Shown here: in pieces, positions 46,501-58,625 of the stretch
Layout: each line of letters starts with the position of its first letter
Position numbering within the stretch: the stretch's first letter is position 1
Assembly: GCA_000146045.2 (NCBI GenBank)
Contig: BK006944.2
Span: 602,817-666,816, forward strand
Source: TPA_inf: Saccharomyces
Lineage: Eukaryota
Direction of reading: 5' to 3'
DNA length: 64,000 bases
Program-made: the position numbers and the translations under genes
The notes under the pieces: generated by a model
The model's database searches: none
Seen by the model: only the letters and a program-made list of their open reading frames with translations
Told to the model about the DNA's origin: nothing

Positions 46501-47049
46501 AGTAAATTAGAGTCAGAAGAAAAAACCACCCTAATTACGGTTACTTCTTGTGAGTCTGGTGTCTGTTCCGAAACTGCTTCACCTGCTATCGTTTCGACAG
46601 CCACTGCTACCGTCAATGATGTCGTTACAGTTTATTCCACATGGAGCCCACAGGCTACAAATAAACTAGCGGTTAGTTCTGACATCGAAAATAGTGCCAG
46701 TAAGGCTTCATTCGTTTCAGAGGCTGCTGAGACAAAATCCATAAGCAGAAACAACAATTTTGTTCCAACTTCTGGGACTACTTCTATTGAAACACATACA
46801 ACCACTACAAGCAACGCGTCTGAAAATAGCGACAATGTTTCTGCTTCTGAGGCTGTCAGTAGCAAAAGTGTCACAAATCCCGTGTTGATTAGTGTATCTC
46901 AACAGCCTCGTGGCACACCAGCAAGTAGTATGATAGGATCTAGTACAGCCTCTTTAGAGATGTCAAGCTACCTCGGCATTGCAAATCATCTACTAACCAA
47001 TAGTGGTATTAGTATTTTCATTGCCTCCCTATTACTGGCAATCGTTTAA
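43540..47049 (+). CDS. FLO10: Lectin-like cell-wall flocculin with a signal peptide, an N-terminal PA14/Flo5-type lectin domain, central tandem repeats, a Ser/Thr-rich stalk and a C-terminal GPI-anchor signal
   Basis: A 1169-aa ORF. The N-terminal signal peptide is [24 protein letters not shown]. The PA14-like region runs about residues 30-270. Ten copies of an [12 protein letters not shown]-containing repeat follow. The stalk is more than 60% S/T. The hydrophobic C-terminus ([15 protein letters not shown]) is typical of GPI signals. Confidence 0.95.
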   Translation: MPVAARYIFLTGLFLLSVANVALGTTEACLPAGEKKNGMTINFYQYSLKDSSTYSNPSYMAYGYADAEKLGSVSGQTKLSIDYSIPCNGASDTCACSDDDATEYSASQVVPVKRGVKLCSDNTTLSSKTEKRENDDCDQGAAYWSSDLFGFYTTPTNVTVEMTGYFLPPKTGTYTFGFATVDDSAILSVGGNVAFECCKQEQPPITSTDFTINGIKPWNADAPTDIKGSTYMYAGYYYPIKIVYSNAVSWGTLPVSVVLPDGTEVNDDFEGYVFSFDDNATQAHCSVPNPAEHARTCVSSATSSWSSSEVCTECTETESTSYVTPYVTSSSWSSSEVCTECTETESTSTSTPYVTSSSSSSSEVCTECTETESTSYVTPYVSSSTAAANYTSSFSSSSEVCTECTETESTSTSTPYVTSSSWSSSEVCTECTETESTSYVTPYVSSSTAAANYTSSFSSSSEVCTECTETESTSTSTPYVTSSSSSSSEVCTECTETESTSYVTPYVSSSTAAANYTSSFSSSSEVCTECTETESTSTSTPYVTSSSWSSSEVCTECTETESTSYVTPYVSSSTAAANYTSSFSSSSEVCTECTETESTSTSTPYATSSTGTATSFTASTSNTMTSLVQTDTTVSFSLSSTVSEHTNAPTSSVESNASTFISSNKGSVKSYVTSSIHSITPMYPSNQTVTSSSVVSTPITSESSESSASVTILPSTITSEFKPSTMKTKVVSISSSPTNLITSYDTTSKDSTVGSSTSSVSLISSISLPSSYSASSEQIFHSSIVSSNGQALTSFSSTKVSSSESSESHRTSPTTSSESGIKSSGVEIESTSTSSFSFHETSTASTSVQISSQFVTPSSPISTVAPRSTGLNSQTESTNSSKETMSSENSASVMPSSSATSPKTGKVTSDETSSGFSRDRTTVYRMTSETPSTNEQTTLITVSSCESNSCSNTVSSAVVSTATTTINGITTEYTTWCPLSATELTTVSKLESEEKTTLITVTSCESGVCSETASPAIVSTATATVNDVVTVYSTWSPQATNKLAVSSDIENSASKASFVSEAAETKSISRNNNFVPTSGTTSIETHTTTTSNASENSDNVSASEAVSSKSVTNPVLISVSQQPRGTPASSMIGSSTASLEMSSYLGIANHLLTNSGISIFIASLLLAIV
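44440..45360 (+). repeat. Intragenic coding minisatellite in FLO10. It is about 5 tandem copies of a 189-bp unit (63 aa), each made of two related sub-repeats (27 aa and 36 aa), giving 10 copies of the core [14 protein letters not shown].
   Basis: Three ORF-track entries are offset by exactly 189 nt (44678, 44867, 45056) and translate nearly identically. Direct reading shows near-perfect DNA identity between the units. Confidence 0.9.
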
Positions 47050-50000
47050 TAGGTGCAGAAATATCCTTTGGATTGATACTTCTGCGTCTACGATTCGTCC
47101 TAGTGCCATATTATGTACCTATTTATTTACTATTCATTTCTTTGTTCTTCTACTTCAAATAGCTCAGAATGTATTATTTTTTTATTAAAATCATTTCTAT
47201 ATATAGGATTAACGAGAAACCATTCCGGGAGTGGCATCTCTATGTTTTCTCTATGTAAGCCACACCAGAGAACGTTGCTGTACTAAGACACCCATTTCGA
47301 GTATAGAAGCTTATTGAAAATGAACTGATATTTTTTAATACATATAAATCTCGATTAAAGACAAAGCTTATTGGACATGGAGTAGATGTTTTGATCAATA
47401 GATTTTCAACAAATTGAACGGTTTGCTTTAGATACCGTTTGAGATAAAATACTGCATTTTAATGAAACATAAAGTCAACCAACAGCTGAAGCTTAACAAT
47501 AGTTACTACTGCCCGGCGTTATTATCACAACAATTCGTTCTACCAAAAAACTGTGATCTTTACTAAAAGACCTTTTTTTTTTCAGACAATTTTGCTTAAC
47601 GCAGTAAAATGTAGTAAAGACGAACTTTCGGATAAAAGACTCCAAAGATAGTATGATAAACAGACAGTGGTATCAGTACTATAGACACCAGTTAAGACGT
47701 TGGCACTGTCTTCAAATCTTGGCTAGAAATTTTGGAGGGTATCAGTCAATTGCTGTCTGCGCATCCCAATAAACAGTTGTCTAGGAAAGAACAACGGTTT
47801 TAATTGACACAACATGCTGAAGAATATAGGAAAAGGAGTAGCGGCAACGGATGAGCTAGCAAGAAAAGCATCACTCTCTATCTGAAAGCTTCCATGATTT
47901 ATCTTTCAACCCAGCAAGGTAGTGTTTTTCCAATATAAGAAGCATACGGGGTTATAGAAGCTAATCGTGCCCAGCATGAGTCCTAACAAACAGAACAGAC
48001 TCTTTATCCATCCGAATTCTAGTAAGTAATTATTCTGTTCACTTCTATCCAACGAAATGGGCGTACGATTGAAATAACAGTTGATTGAAATTATAGGGGC
48101 CCTATTCGCCTTCTACAAAGCACAAGGAAAGGAACATTTACAATGAATAATACGAAACAGCTGGCAAATGTGCTGAAAACCATTGAGCGATGTTACCACG
48201 CTGAGATCCATGTTTTCAAGAGTGGGCTGTACTATAATGAACCAATGTGTTCTTTAAAATTGTTAGTGTGTTTTCCCAACATGAAATTGCTACTGGAAGA
48301 AATTGATATTGTAATAATATATGTGAGTATCTAATCACACACTGGCTGCATCACATTGATTCATGTTATGTTTTTGAAATTAATGTATTCGTTGTGCATG
48401 GATGTTACACATATCCTAAACCTAAATTATGAGTACAAACACACCTAGGTAGAGAGCTCTACGTCGTCTTAGTTCTCAGCTTGTAAGCTTTAATTTACGC
48501 GAAAAGCTATTTACAATTTTTTATTTGAAAATTGATCGCATAACTTAATGAAAGTGTACAAAGTAGGATAGGCATTCTTTGGTACCGATTTTCTGAATTG
48601 TCACCAGCAAAGCCTCATTTATTTGAAATCATGAAACTTGTTAACGATTAAATCTAGCATGGCGATACTCGGAAAGTCCATAAAGAACTTCTGGCAAGAG
48701 CCGAAATTCACGGTAATTTTAATTGAGCACCACTATAGCAGTGTCTTTATTGAGTTGGCTAACACTAAGGTCGTATTCAGTACTTCTGAATTTCCAGATA
48801 ATATAATAGACGCTCATACTAAGAAAATATTCACTATAAGAACCTTTCACAAATACTAACCTAGAATATTTATCTTTCTATTTGAGTAAGAATGGAAAAT
48901 AAAAAAGTGTTAATAAGGTATAACAGAGTGTATTTTCAACCGTAAAGAAATGAATAAGAATAAACGCGATTTAAGCTTAATAGAAAGTACATAAGCAACG
49001 TCGCGAACCGGTAATGGAAAAAATAATTGTTTTATCGCTTTTCTTCAGAGGGTTTTTGTAATCGATATTTGGGTGGAAAATTCTGGGGCCCTACGAAATG
49101 ACGAACTAAAAGCCAAGAGTTCTAAAACCCTTCAGTGTAGTGCTTTTTGAAAAGCCAGTTTTGTTATGAGCAACAAATACATGTGAGCTTAGAAAGATAG
49201 ATTGAGCTTACCTGAATCAATGTGAATCGAAAATTTCCTCCGTCCTACAAGTATATATTGGAGGAAGATAAAACCAAGATTGATGCACTGCGTTTTGTAA
49301 ATAGGTTCTGGGATTACCAACGTACTTCTTGATAAAATGGGCTATTTTTAAACGCTTTACTTTTTTTCTTCAGCGGAACCCGGTGGTTTTTATGATCTTT
49401 ATACTTAATTGATGATTACAGTTTTGGAATCAAAAGCTTTATTCGGAATATTGTGCAAATATATTGTTGTTTTTATTGGATAATGGTGTCTAGATTTAAC
49501 CAAGATATTAGATTTATTTCGCTTATAGCATCATTTTTTTTTTGATCAAAATTTTCAACTCTTTGAAAGTGCCATATTTCACAAAATATAACATTTGTCC
49601 CACGATTTAGAAAAATACCATAATCACTCTTCAACAATTTTATTTCTTTACTCTCCTACTACAGTTGCGTACATTTTAACTACACGTTTAAAATATTCAA
49701 GATTTATGAGACTGTCATCGAATGGTATATAAAATAAAAAAAAATTATATCTTAGAGTCCTAGTTTAATAGAAAGAATAAAAAAGGTCACGGAACATCAC
49801 TTTCTAACATATCTTCCTGGGTTTCATCTTTACTAGAACTGACGGTCAAAGGTCTTTGGAGAGTACTCGCTTTTTTGATGAAAATCACGATAGTTAATTT
49901 TTCCGCCATGTTGTAACTTTCTCAAAACTGCAATTTCAGGGTGTCCAATTTACTGTCAATATGCAACCAAAAATATAACAAAGTCCTTTTGAGCAAATAA

Positions 50001-50263
50001 AGTCGGACATGACAGTACAACGCATGATCGATTATTAAACGAAAATGGGATATCATACTGTTTTAGAAGTTATTGGGTGCATTACTCTGTCATAAAAAAA
50101 TCATGTTACTATCTATAAAAAATGCCTAAAAAATTGGATTACCACTTGTTATGGAAAGATCAGTAAAATATAGGATAACCATAGCGTAAGTCTGGCGTTC
50201 TGGAATATTTGTTTTTTAGTTATTAAACATACTTTTCACGATTCACAGTATTAATTTTTAGGA

Positions 50264-53200
50264 ATGATAAAAAATGGTACATGCCCCTATTGGGAACGTG
50301 ATGATCTTTCGGAATGTGCTAGGCGAGAATATATCGAGTTTAAATTTCCTCTATTTATATTGTTGACTGGTATGATATACGCGTTTTGCAAAGTCTTTCG
50401 AGCCTTTTATCTAAGGGGGAAAAATCATACAAATGAAGCGCCAGAATTTGAAGAACAAGGTAATGGAAACCACGAATATGCAAGGTTCTCAGTTTTAAGA
50501 CTAAAATCTGCATGGGAAAGCCGTAGCTTTTGTAATGTTAATAATAGATCTACTTTCGACAAATTCAAAAAATTTATAGAGGGTGCCTTCATTGTTTTGC
50601 AGCTTACTATCCACCTGTATATTTTATCTAGTATGCCAATGGATAACAAAAAGTTCTTTCACCAAGGTTTTCTGGTTCAAATGTTTCTCTGGATTTTACT
50701 GCTTGTTGTTATTACACTTCGTTTAATTTCAGCAAGCCAGTCATTTCGGTGGGTTTTAGCATGTAAGCGTGATTTATGGGCTGTTTCGTTTTACTCATAT
50801 GCATCCCTGTTTACTCTTTCGATTTTACCTCTTCGTTCCGTCTTCATTGGAAAGATAAAAGATAAAATTATGGTCAAATATATCATTTCCGAGACTTTCA
50901 TTGATTTAGCGCTTTTATTATTATTATCAACGTCAAGTATAGAAGGAACTAGGTACTCATTTTTGGTTGAAAATGAGAACAAAAAGTTGCCACCGGCTCC
51001 TACCGTCTTTGGCCTTCTTACTTTTTCTAGGATTGATCGGCTTATTTGGAAAGCATACAAACACTGCCTTGGAAACGCTGATATTTGGGATTTGGATATT
51101 AATAATAAGTCTATAGCAATTTTGGCGAACTTTGAAATGTCTTCTAAAAAAGGAAGGCTCCTTCCAAACATTATTTGTTATTTTAAGGCTGTTTTCATCT
51201 CCCAATTATTTCTGGCTTTTGTATCTAGTTTTTTGAACTTTGTACCCTCATTGTTGATGCCAAGAATACTATCATACGTTAATGACCCAAAGTCAAAATC
51301 ATGGAACTTGGTGTCTTTATACGTCTCATCTATGCTCGTCAGTAAAATCATTGCCACGACTTGTAGAGGTCAAGGATTGTTTTTAGGTGAAAAGGGTACT
51401 ATGCAACTAAGAACAGTTTTGATATCCAATATCTATTCCAAAACCTTAAGAAGAACAATTCTAAAAGACTCAACAACGTCACTTCAAAAAAATGCGTCAA
51501 CATCCTTTGAAGAAAATCCTGACTCTTCTGAAGCGGAACCTAGAAAAAAGTCTAGTAGGAAAGACAACTCTGTGAACAATGTTATGTCAATTGACGCTTT
51601 CAAGGTTTCTGAAGCTATGAACACTTTTTATCTGGCATGTGAAGCAGTTTTCATGACAGTTACGGCCCTAATGATACTATATTCCCTACTGGGATGGTCC
51701 GCCTTTGCTGGTACCTTTGCTCTTCTTGCCATGATTCCTTTGAATTTTTGGTGTGCAACTTTTTACGGGAACTATCAGGCCGATCAATTAATCCTAACTG
51801 ACAAGCGTACCTCTGGGATTAGTGAGGCTCTGAACTCAATACGTGTAATAAAGCTACTGGCATGGGAAAATCTGTTTTATCAAAAGATTATAAACGTAAG
51901 AGATGGGGAAATAAGACTCCTTAAAAAGAAGGCAACAATTTTCTTTTTGAACCATCTCATTTGGTTCTTTGGGCCCACTTTGGTCTCTGCAATAACATTC
52001 TCAGTGTTTATTAAATTCCAAAATCAGACACTTACTCCTACAATAGCATTTACAGCTCTTTCTTTATTTGCAATATTGAGGACACCCATGGACCAAATTG
52101 CTTCGACTGTCAGCCTTTTGATACAGTCTTTTATTTCTCTTGAAAGAATCCAGGATTATCTTAATGAATCAGAAACAAGAAAATATGAGATTTTGGAACA
52201 AAGCAATACTAAATTTGGCTTTGAAGATGCAAGCATGGAATGGGAAGCTGCTGAAACAAGTTTTAAACTTAAGAACATTTCTATTGATTTTAAGCTGAAT
52301 AGTCTCAACGCAATTATAGGTCCGACTGGGTCAGGAAAGTCTTCGCTATTACTTGGACTATTGGGAGAATTGAACCTTCTTTCTGGAAAAATATACGTAC
52401 CTACAGTTGAATCCCGCGACGACTTAGAGATTGGTAAAGACGGAATGACGAATTCAATGGCATATTGTTCTCAAACTCCGTGGTTGATTAGTGGAACAAT
52501 TAAAGATAACGTTGTTTTTGGAGAAATCTTCAACAAACAAAAATTTGATGATGTAATGAAATCCTGTTGTCTTGACAAAGATATCAAAGCAATGACAGCT
52601 GGCATAAGAACAGACGTGGGTGATGGAGGATTTTCCTTATCTGGCGGACAGCAGCAAAGGATTGCTTTAGCCAGAGCAATTTACTCCTCTTCCAGGTATT
52701 TGATCCTTGATGATTGCTTGAGTGCAGTAGATCCTGAAACTGCACTTTATATATATGAAGAGTGTTTATGCGGCCCCATGATGAAAGGAAGGACCTGCAT
52801 CATTACGAGTCATAATATTTCTTTAGTTACGAAACGGGCTGACTGGCTTGTGATTTTAGATCGTGGCGAGGTGAAATCACAGGGTAAACCATCGGACCTC
52901 ATTAAATCTAATGAGTTTTTGAGGGAAAGCATAAACAATGATTCAAAAAATACAACTCACAATCAAATTGACTTGAAAAGATCAACAACATCAAAGAAAA
53001 CTAAGAATGGAGATCCCGAGGGAGGGAACTCGCAAGACGAAGTGTGTGCTGAAGTTGAAAATTTTGAGGAAACAAAAATGGAAGGATCAGTTAAATTTTC
53101 AGCTTACAAATGGTTAGCAGACTATTTCGGGGGACTGGGAGTTGTTTTTGTTTTCACCTCGTCCTCCATCCTTATTCATGGAATCACACTGTCTCAGGGC

Positions 53201-53920
53201 TTTTGGCTCAGATACTGGCTGGACACTGGATCTTCAGGGAGTAAGTCTACCTGGCTTTATAGAATAGTTGAGGGTCACTCTAACATCTATTTCTTACTGA
53301 CTTATATTATCATAGGTCTTGTTTCTTCATTTTTAACTTCTGGTAAAGTTTGGATAGCAATAATTTCAGGTACCAACGTCACCAAGAAAATATTTGCGAA
53401 GCTTCTATCCAGTATCTTATATGCCAAGTTACGTTTTCATAATGTCACGCCGACTGGAAGAATAATGAACAGATTTAGCAAGGATATGGATATTATTGAT
53501 CAACAATTGATCCCTAATTTCGAAGGACTCTCTTATAGCGTCGTTGTTTGTCTGTGGATTATACTTTTAATTGGATATGTTACTCCTCAATTTCTGTTAT
53601 TTGCTATTCCTTTATGCGCTCTTTATTATACCGTATGTACGTTATATCTTCGTGCATCTAGAGAGTTGAAGAGAATAGATAACATCAATATCTCTCCAAT
53701 ACACCAGTTATTCGCTGAAGCCATCAAAGGAGTAACTACAATTAGAGCATTAGCAGATGAGCGTAGGTTTATCACTCAATCTTTGGTTGCAATTGACAGA
53801 AGTAATGCTCCATTTTTTTATCTCAATATGGCCACCGAGTGGATCACATATAGAGTGGATATAATTGGGACACTTGTTCTTTTTAGTTCTTCTGTAATGA
53901 TCATAATGAAGGCCTCATAG
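50264..53920 (+). CDS. NFT1: ABC transporter of the ABCC/MRP family (TMD0-TMD1-NBD1-TMD2), terminated by an in-frame TAG at 53918-53920
   Basis: A 1218-aa ORF. NBD1 has Walker [13 protein letters not shown] signature [14 protein letters not shown] and Walker [12 protein letters not shown]. The second transmembrane domain runs to the stop. Confidence 0.85.
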   Translation: MIKNGTCPYWERDDLSECARREYIEFKFPLFILLTGMIYAFCKVFRAFYLRGKNHTNEAPEFEEQGNGNHEYARFSVLRLKSAWESRSFCNVNNRSTFDKFKKFIEGAFIVLQLTIHLYILSSMPMDNKKFFHQGFLVQMFLWILLLVVITLRLISASQSFRWVLACKRDLWAVSFYSYASLFTLSILPLRSVFIGKIKDKIMVKYIISETFIDLALLLLLSTSSIEGTRYSFLVENENKKLPPAPTVFGLLTFSRIDRLIWKAYKHCLGNADIWDLDINNKSIAILANFEMSSKKGRLLPNIICYFKAVFISQLFLAFVSSFLNFVPSLLMPRILSYVNDPKSKSWNLVSLYVSSMLVSKIIATTCRGQGLFLGEKGTMQLRTVLISNIYSKTLRRTILKDSTTSLQKNASTSFEENPDSSEAEPRKKSSRKDNSVNNVMSIDAFKVSEAMNTFYLACEAVFMTVTALMILYSLLGWSAFAGTFALLAMIPLNFWCATFYGNYQADQLILTDKRTSGISEALNSIRVIKLLAWENLFYQKIINVRDGEIRLLKKKATIFFLNHLIWFFGPTLVSAITFSVFIKFQNQTLTPTIAFTALSLFAILRTPMDQIASTVSLLIQSFISLERIQDYLNESETRKYEILEQSNTKFGFEDASMEWEAAETSFKLKNISIDFKLNSLNAIIGPTGSGKSSLLLGLLGELNLLSGKIYVPTVESRDDLEIGKDGMTNSMAYCSQTPWLISGTIKDNVVFGEIFNKQKFDDVMKSCCLDKDIKAMTAGIRTDVGDGGFSLSGGQQQRIALARAIYSSSRYLILDDCLSAVDPETALYIYEECLCGPMMKGRTCIITSHNISLVTKRADWLVILDRGEVKSQGKPSDLIKSNEFLRESINNDSKNTTHNQIDLKRSTTSKKTKNGDPEGGNSQDEVCAEVENFEETKMEGSVKFSAYKWLADYFGGLGVVFVFTSSSILIHGITLSQGFWLRYWLDTGSSGSKSTWLYRIVEGHSNIYFLLTYIIIGLVSSFLTSGKVWIAIISGTNVTKKIFAKLLSSILYAKLRFHNVTPTGRIMNRFSKDMDIIDQQLIPNFEGLSYSVVVCLWIILLIGYVTPQFLLFAIPLCALYYTVCTLYLRASRELKRIDNINISPIHQLFAEAIKGVTTIRALADERRFITQSLVAIDRSNAPFFYLNMATEWITYRVDIIGTLVLFSSSVMIIMKAS

Positions 53921-54019
53921 TTGGATGCGGGGCTAGCGGGGATACTGTTATCGAATGCCTTTTCCTTTACTGAAACTGCTCAATGGATCATAAAAGTATT
54001 TTCAAGCGTTGAACTTTTG

Positions 54020-54940
54020 ATGAGTTCAGTAGAGAGAATAAAAGAATATACAGATATACCTTCCGAATCAAACGGCTACATATCACCTCCAGCTAATTGG
54101 CCTCAAACAGGAGATGTTGAACTAAAAAACTTATCATTGCGCTATTCTCCTCATTCCTCTAAGGCACTAGATAATGTATCATTCAAGGTAAAAGCAGGAA
54201 CAAAAGTTGGTATTGTTGGTAGAACAGGGGCTGGGAAATCTTCTATTATAGCGGCTATTTACCGGCTTTCAGACTGGGAAAACGGTACGATTACTATTGA
54301 TAACAAAGACATAAAACATATCCCTTTAGAGCGTTTAAGAAATTCTATAAGCTGCATCCCACAGGATCCTACTTTATTTGATGGAACTGTTCGATCTAAT
54401 TTAGATCCTTTCGATCGGTATTCTGATGTACAAATTTATGGCGTACTATCCAAAGTGGGATTAATTGAAGAATGCGATGAATTGTGCTTGATTTTTGAGC
54501 AAGAGCAGCCTAATTTTTCTAGTCATAAACTAAGAAATAGATTCATTGATTTGAATACTGTTGTGAAATCAGGTGGTTCAAACTTATCTCAAGGGCAAAG
54601 ACAACTTTTGTGCTTGGCACGATCCATGCTTGGTGCACGTAATATAATGCTAATTGACGAAGCAACCGCCTCAATAGATTATATTTCTGATGCTAAAATT
54701 CAGAAAACTATAAGAGAAACAATGAAAAATACAACAATTTTGACTATTGCTCATCGATTAAGGTCAGTAATAGATTATGACAAAATTCTGGTGATGGAAA
54801 TGGGCAGAGTCAAGGAGTATGATCATCCATACACTCTAATATCTGATCGAAATACCATTTTTTACCGCCTCTGTAGGCAGAGTGGCGAGTTCGAAAACCT
54901 TTTCGAGTTGGCTAAAGTCTCATTCGATAATAAAAGATAA
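54020..54940 (+). CDS. Downstream continuation of the same ABCC transporter (NBD2 only), in the same reading frame as NFT1 directly after the TAG. The frame is open from 53921. The first Met is at 54020, giving 306 aa.
   Basis: Walker [10 protein letters not shown], signature [14 protein letters not shown] and Walker [13 protein letters not shown]. The frame equals that of 50264 (both congruent to 2 mod 3). Together the two ORFs encode one full-length MRP-type transporter interrupted by a single nonsense codon. Confidence 0.85.
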
Positions 54941-55899
54941 GACAACTAGAATTTCCTATTTTTATTCATTCCAGTTCTAGCTACGAAGTATACGATCTGC
55001 TTACGTCATATATTTGTGTGTAATTAGAAGGCATTCAGGAAGTCGCTTTTAACTTTTCAGGGCTATATGTCCTAATCCACTACTTTTTTTGAGAACTTTA
55101 AGAAATAACTCCTTTGAACCTGTCTGTGCCAAACAAAATTTTGCTGGTACATTTTATGGTATATAAACAAGCTACGTTATTATTACTTTTTTTTGATAGT
55201 TTTACTTATACTAGAAAATAATATTATATCATCACAAAAGAAACTCTCTCGTTAAGAATCCCGAATATTCAGCAGGAGCAAAAAAAAAATACCATAATTT
55301 AAATGCTTATTCAGTACTTAGCTGCTGATTTTATCGCAAGTATACTATTGGAGAGTACCGTGGTTCATATCGTGCTATTTTTATCTATATTTAAATTTAT
55401 AGAAGTTTATCGTAGTATACTATGTAATTCTCTGCCGTATTGGCGGCAAAGACAAAAGCACTGACAGTAAACAGTTTTTCTGATGAGAATTTATGTCGAG
55501 GAACAAACGAAAATTTTGCTGGCCAAATTTGCTTACGCCTTTAATGTGATTGCGGTTGAGGTCTGTTATTACGCAGCTGCTATCATGTGTCTATTTGAGA
55601 TTCTCTTTACAGGTTATCGCTGCATTTTTGTCAAGAAAAGAAAAGAAGACAACCTTTTTCTTGCACTGCGATGAGTATATTCAGGCTCGCGAATTTTCCA
55701 GATTTCTTACTAAAGACACATCTTTGAACGCACCAGCATGAATTTTATGAACTACTGATCCATATATTAATAGGTTTTAAGTACATATAGAATACTTAAG
55801 AAATTACATTCCATTGCGATACACCTATTTGATTCTGATTGTGTTGAAGTCTGTATAAAAGGCGAAAAAAAATAAAATGAAAATAAGAAAATAACTGCG

Positions 55900-57648
55900 C
55901 TACTTGTCTTCTAAATTATCTTCTGGTGTATCGTCCTTTTTTGGTATGATTAATTTCTTATTGGATGAAAAACTACAAAACAAAAATCCTAAGGCATAAA
56001 ACCCTAGATCCATCCAAAATACGTTCTTAATGGAGTCGCTTAAAATGTTTCCAATAGTCGAATGAGAACCGTCGTAGTTTTGAAGACGATACAAAATCAT
56101 GTCATCAACCGTTTTTCCTTCGTAAGGCTCTAGATGAGCTCGTGATACTTTATTGTGAAAGGAGGCGGAAAAAACAGTGGTTGAAAGCACACCACCAAGA
56201 GTTGTACCTAATGACTTCATGAATGTATTGAAAGCTGTTACTTCAATAAAGTCCATAGCAGCTTCTGGACGATCTTTGGTAATTTGAAGCTGTGCACTCA
56301 TGAGCGATGCTTGTAGAGCAAATCCAAGGGAAAACCCCGGTAATAGCAAAACACCAATTTGAGTTGACTTCGTGGACGTATTTGTCATAAGTGTCATAAG
56401 CCCTGCTCCAATTACCCCAAGAACGCCTCCAAATATTAAGAGTGGTTTAACTAAACCGAGCTTTTTGGTAATCACACCACTTGCAATGGCCGCAATAACG
56501 TTGGTAATAACGATTGGTATCAAGTGAAGACCGGCTTTCCATGCACTCGACGCAAATATAAGTTGGAAAAACTGGACAGAGTATATCATTTGCCCATTGT
56601 AACCGGTACATAATAGAAATGTTACCATGTTTACTATTATTATGGCTGGTTTTGCTACCAATCTTCTTAGAAGGAGAGGCCTGTAGGATATATTATCAGG
56701 TTCCGGGTTGAATTTATCGAATAGGAAGAAATCGTACACCAATGAAAAAATAAAAAGTAAGACACCCAAAACCAAATATGTGATGACTTGGCCAGAGTTC
56801 CAACTATATTTATTACCACCAAAGGTTAGCCCCAGTAGGAAAAGGACCAGCCCTGCAGAGCAGAGGGCAAAACCAAAGAAGTCAAACTTGAAGATTATGC
56901 CATTCATAAGTCTTTTAAAATTAACTTGGTGTCTGAACTTACTAAAAGTAAAGCTCGAGATTGTTCCTATAGCATCTTTAATTTGTTGAAGTATACCCTT
57001 ATTCTCGGCCTTATAGGTGAGTAAAAACATAATAATGGCAAGACCACCGATAGGAAGATTGATATAGAAGCACCACCTCCAGGTAACATGGGTTGTAAAG
57101 GCACCTCCGATTATAGGACCAACGATAGCAGCTACAGCAAATGCACAACTTAGGATGGAAATCACCAATGGACGTGACCTTTCACCAACCATCGTACAAC
57201 CAATAACAAAGCAAAGCGTTTGGAGTCCGCTTCCCCCAACACCAGCAACAACTCTACCGAAAATGAGCATATTCATTGAAGAGGCAAGGGCAGCAATTAG
57301 GGATCCGGCTTCAAAAATAAGTATTGCTAAAATGAGACTATGCTGGAAACCTATGATAGATGCGAATCTTCCCCAAATGAGACTCAGAATAGCATTTGGT
57401 AAACTGTAGCCTGTAACGAGCCAACCTGTTTTGGAGTAGTTTCCGAACTGTTCTGCGACCACGTCAATAATAGTTCCCACTATCAAAATATCCAGTGCAG
57501 TTATGAATAGTACAAGAGTTAACGAAGCCAGGCAGAGGTACAAGGAAAGTCCCATTGGAGAATCATTGCTACCTCTAGCATTCAATGAAGCGTCTGAACC
57601 ACATGCTCCTTCTATCTCCTGCTGCGAAGAGTACTTAGTTTCCTCCAT
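55900..57648 (-). CDS. VBA5: MFS drug:H+ antiporter-2 (DHA2, 14-TMS) family permease. Subtelomeric vacuolar basic amino acid transporter paralogue.
   Basis: A 582-aa ORF with about 14 TM segments and MFS motifs (GRVVAGVGGSGL, LPIGG). I recognise it as the chrXI-R paralogue of the chrIII-L VBA3. Confidence 0.82.
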   Translation of the reverse strand: MEETKYSSQQEIEGACGSDASLNARGSNDSPMGLSLYLCLASLTLVLFITALDILIVGTIIDVVAEQFGNYSKTGWLVTGYSLPNAILSLIWGRFASIIGFQHSLILAILIFEAGSLIAALASSMNMLIFGRVVAGVGGSGLQTLCFVIGCTMVGERSRPLVISILSCAFAVAAIVGPIIGGAFTTHVTWRWCFYINLPIGGLAIIMFLLTYKAENKGILQQIKDAIGTISSFTFSKFRHQVNFKRLMNGIIFKFDFFGFALCSAGLVLFLLGLTFGGNKYSWNSGQVITYLVLGVLLFIFSLVYDFFLFDKFNPEPDNISYRPLLLRRLVAKPAIIIVNMVTFLLCTGYNGQMIYSVQFFQLIFASSAWKAGLHLIPIVITNVIAAIASGVITKKLGLVKPLLIFGGVLGVIGAGLMTLMTNTSTKSTQIGVLLLPGFSLGFALQASLMSAQLQITKDRPEAAMDFIEVTAFNTFMKSLGTTLGGVLSTTVFSASFHNKVSRAHLEPYEGKTVDDMILYRLQNYDGSHSTIGNILSDSIKNVFWMDLGFYALGFLFCSFSSNKKLIIPKKDDTPEDNLEDK

Positions 57649-58625
57649 ATTTTTGAATTTCTATCGATTAAGCTCTATACCAGGTATGATCTGGTCTGAT
57701 CAGTTCTAGGTATGAGTATAACTAGAATACATCTATATATATGTATATATATATTTAAACCAAAAAAAAAAAAAATTCGCTTCTCATAAAGGTGTGATGA
57801 CACTATTATCTTTTGCATATTTTGTCGACTCGTATCATGTACGCGCTGCATATGAGGTGCGGCGCTATCTGTTAAATATGTACTAATTTGCACCTGCTGC
57901 AAAGGAAATGTGGCACTACTTTTACTCGCATGTTAACTTTCACCTACTATATATAGAAAAAAGGGTGTTGCTTTCAATCGCCGACTAATTTGCTCAAATA
58001 CTCTTTACACAAAGGAAATTGTGTATCAGTAACCCTTACGGTTTGTTTATGAAGGAACTTTGCTCGTCCTACACCACCGGATCTAGGTACTCAATTTTTT
58101 GATGATTTTGCACTTGTGCTCATATCCTGTCGACAGGCACCGCATTTTTTTCCTTGTTTCAACAGACATAAACACAAGCTTCACTCATTAGTTTGAAAAG
58201 AGATAGTTTCGACGGTACAGTATTCTTGTCGTACAAAAGTCTTCGGTATAACTGGTTCGTTGTGGATTTTCGGAAAGTAAGTTGATTGTACGACGACAGG
58301 TCAAAGTTAAAGTTAAAGTCACCAGGTGTATAGACACCACATTGAAGGGGCGTCACAGCAATTTTTTTTATTTTTTTTTGATACTCAATAATTACGAGCA
58401 TATAATTTTAGTACTTCCAAAAAAAAGTTAAAAAAAAAATAGTGACAAAATGTGTCAGTAAAATATATATGAGAACATGGAATGTATTAAAGTAATTCCA
58501 TTTCTAGCAGATGTAGCGACCGTAGAATCTTAAATACTATTTACATAAATAAGAAAAGTAAAATAGTTTTATGGACTGGAACGAGAAAAAAAAAAAAAAG
58601 AATAATCAAGTAAATAAATTATCGG

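Noticed and set aside
44264-46902. Multiple 60-152-aa ORFs inside FLO10, including three identical-length ORFs 189 nt apart and antisense ORFs 45273-45521, 46158-46616 and 46632-46902
   Set aside because: They are frame-shifted or antisense readings of the FLO10 tandem repeats and Ser/Thr-rich stalk, which are stop-poor because of biased composition. The periodicity simply mirrors the FLO10 minisatellite.
47966-48334. A possible short spliced gene: an ATG frame ending at a GTAAGT-like site (about 48016), followed 130 nt later by the ORF 48143-48334
   Set aside because: There is no TACTAAC branchpoint or properly placed YAG between them. The frames do not join into a recognisable protein. Neither piece has recognisable similarity.
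57888-57895. An Aft1/Aft2 iron-responsive element in the VBA5/GEX2 shared promoter (TGCACCTG)
   Set aside because: It has one mismatch to the TGCACCC core. It is not a convincing site without binding data.
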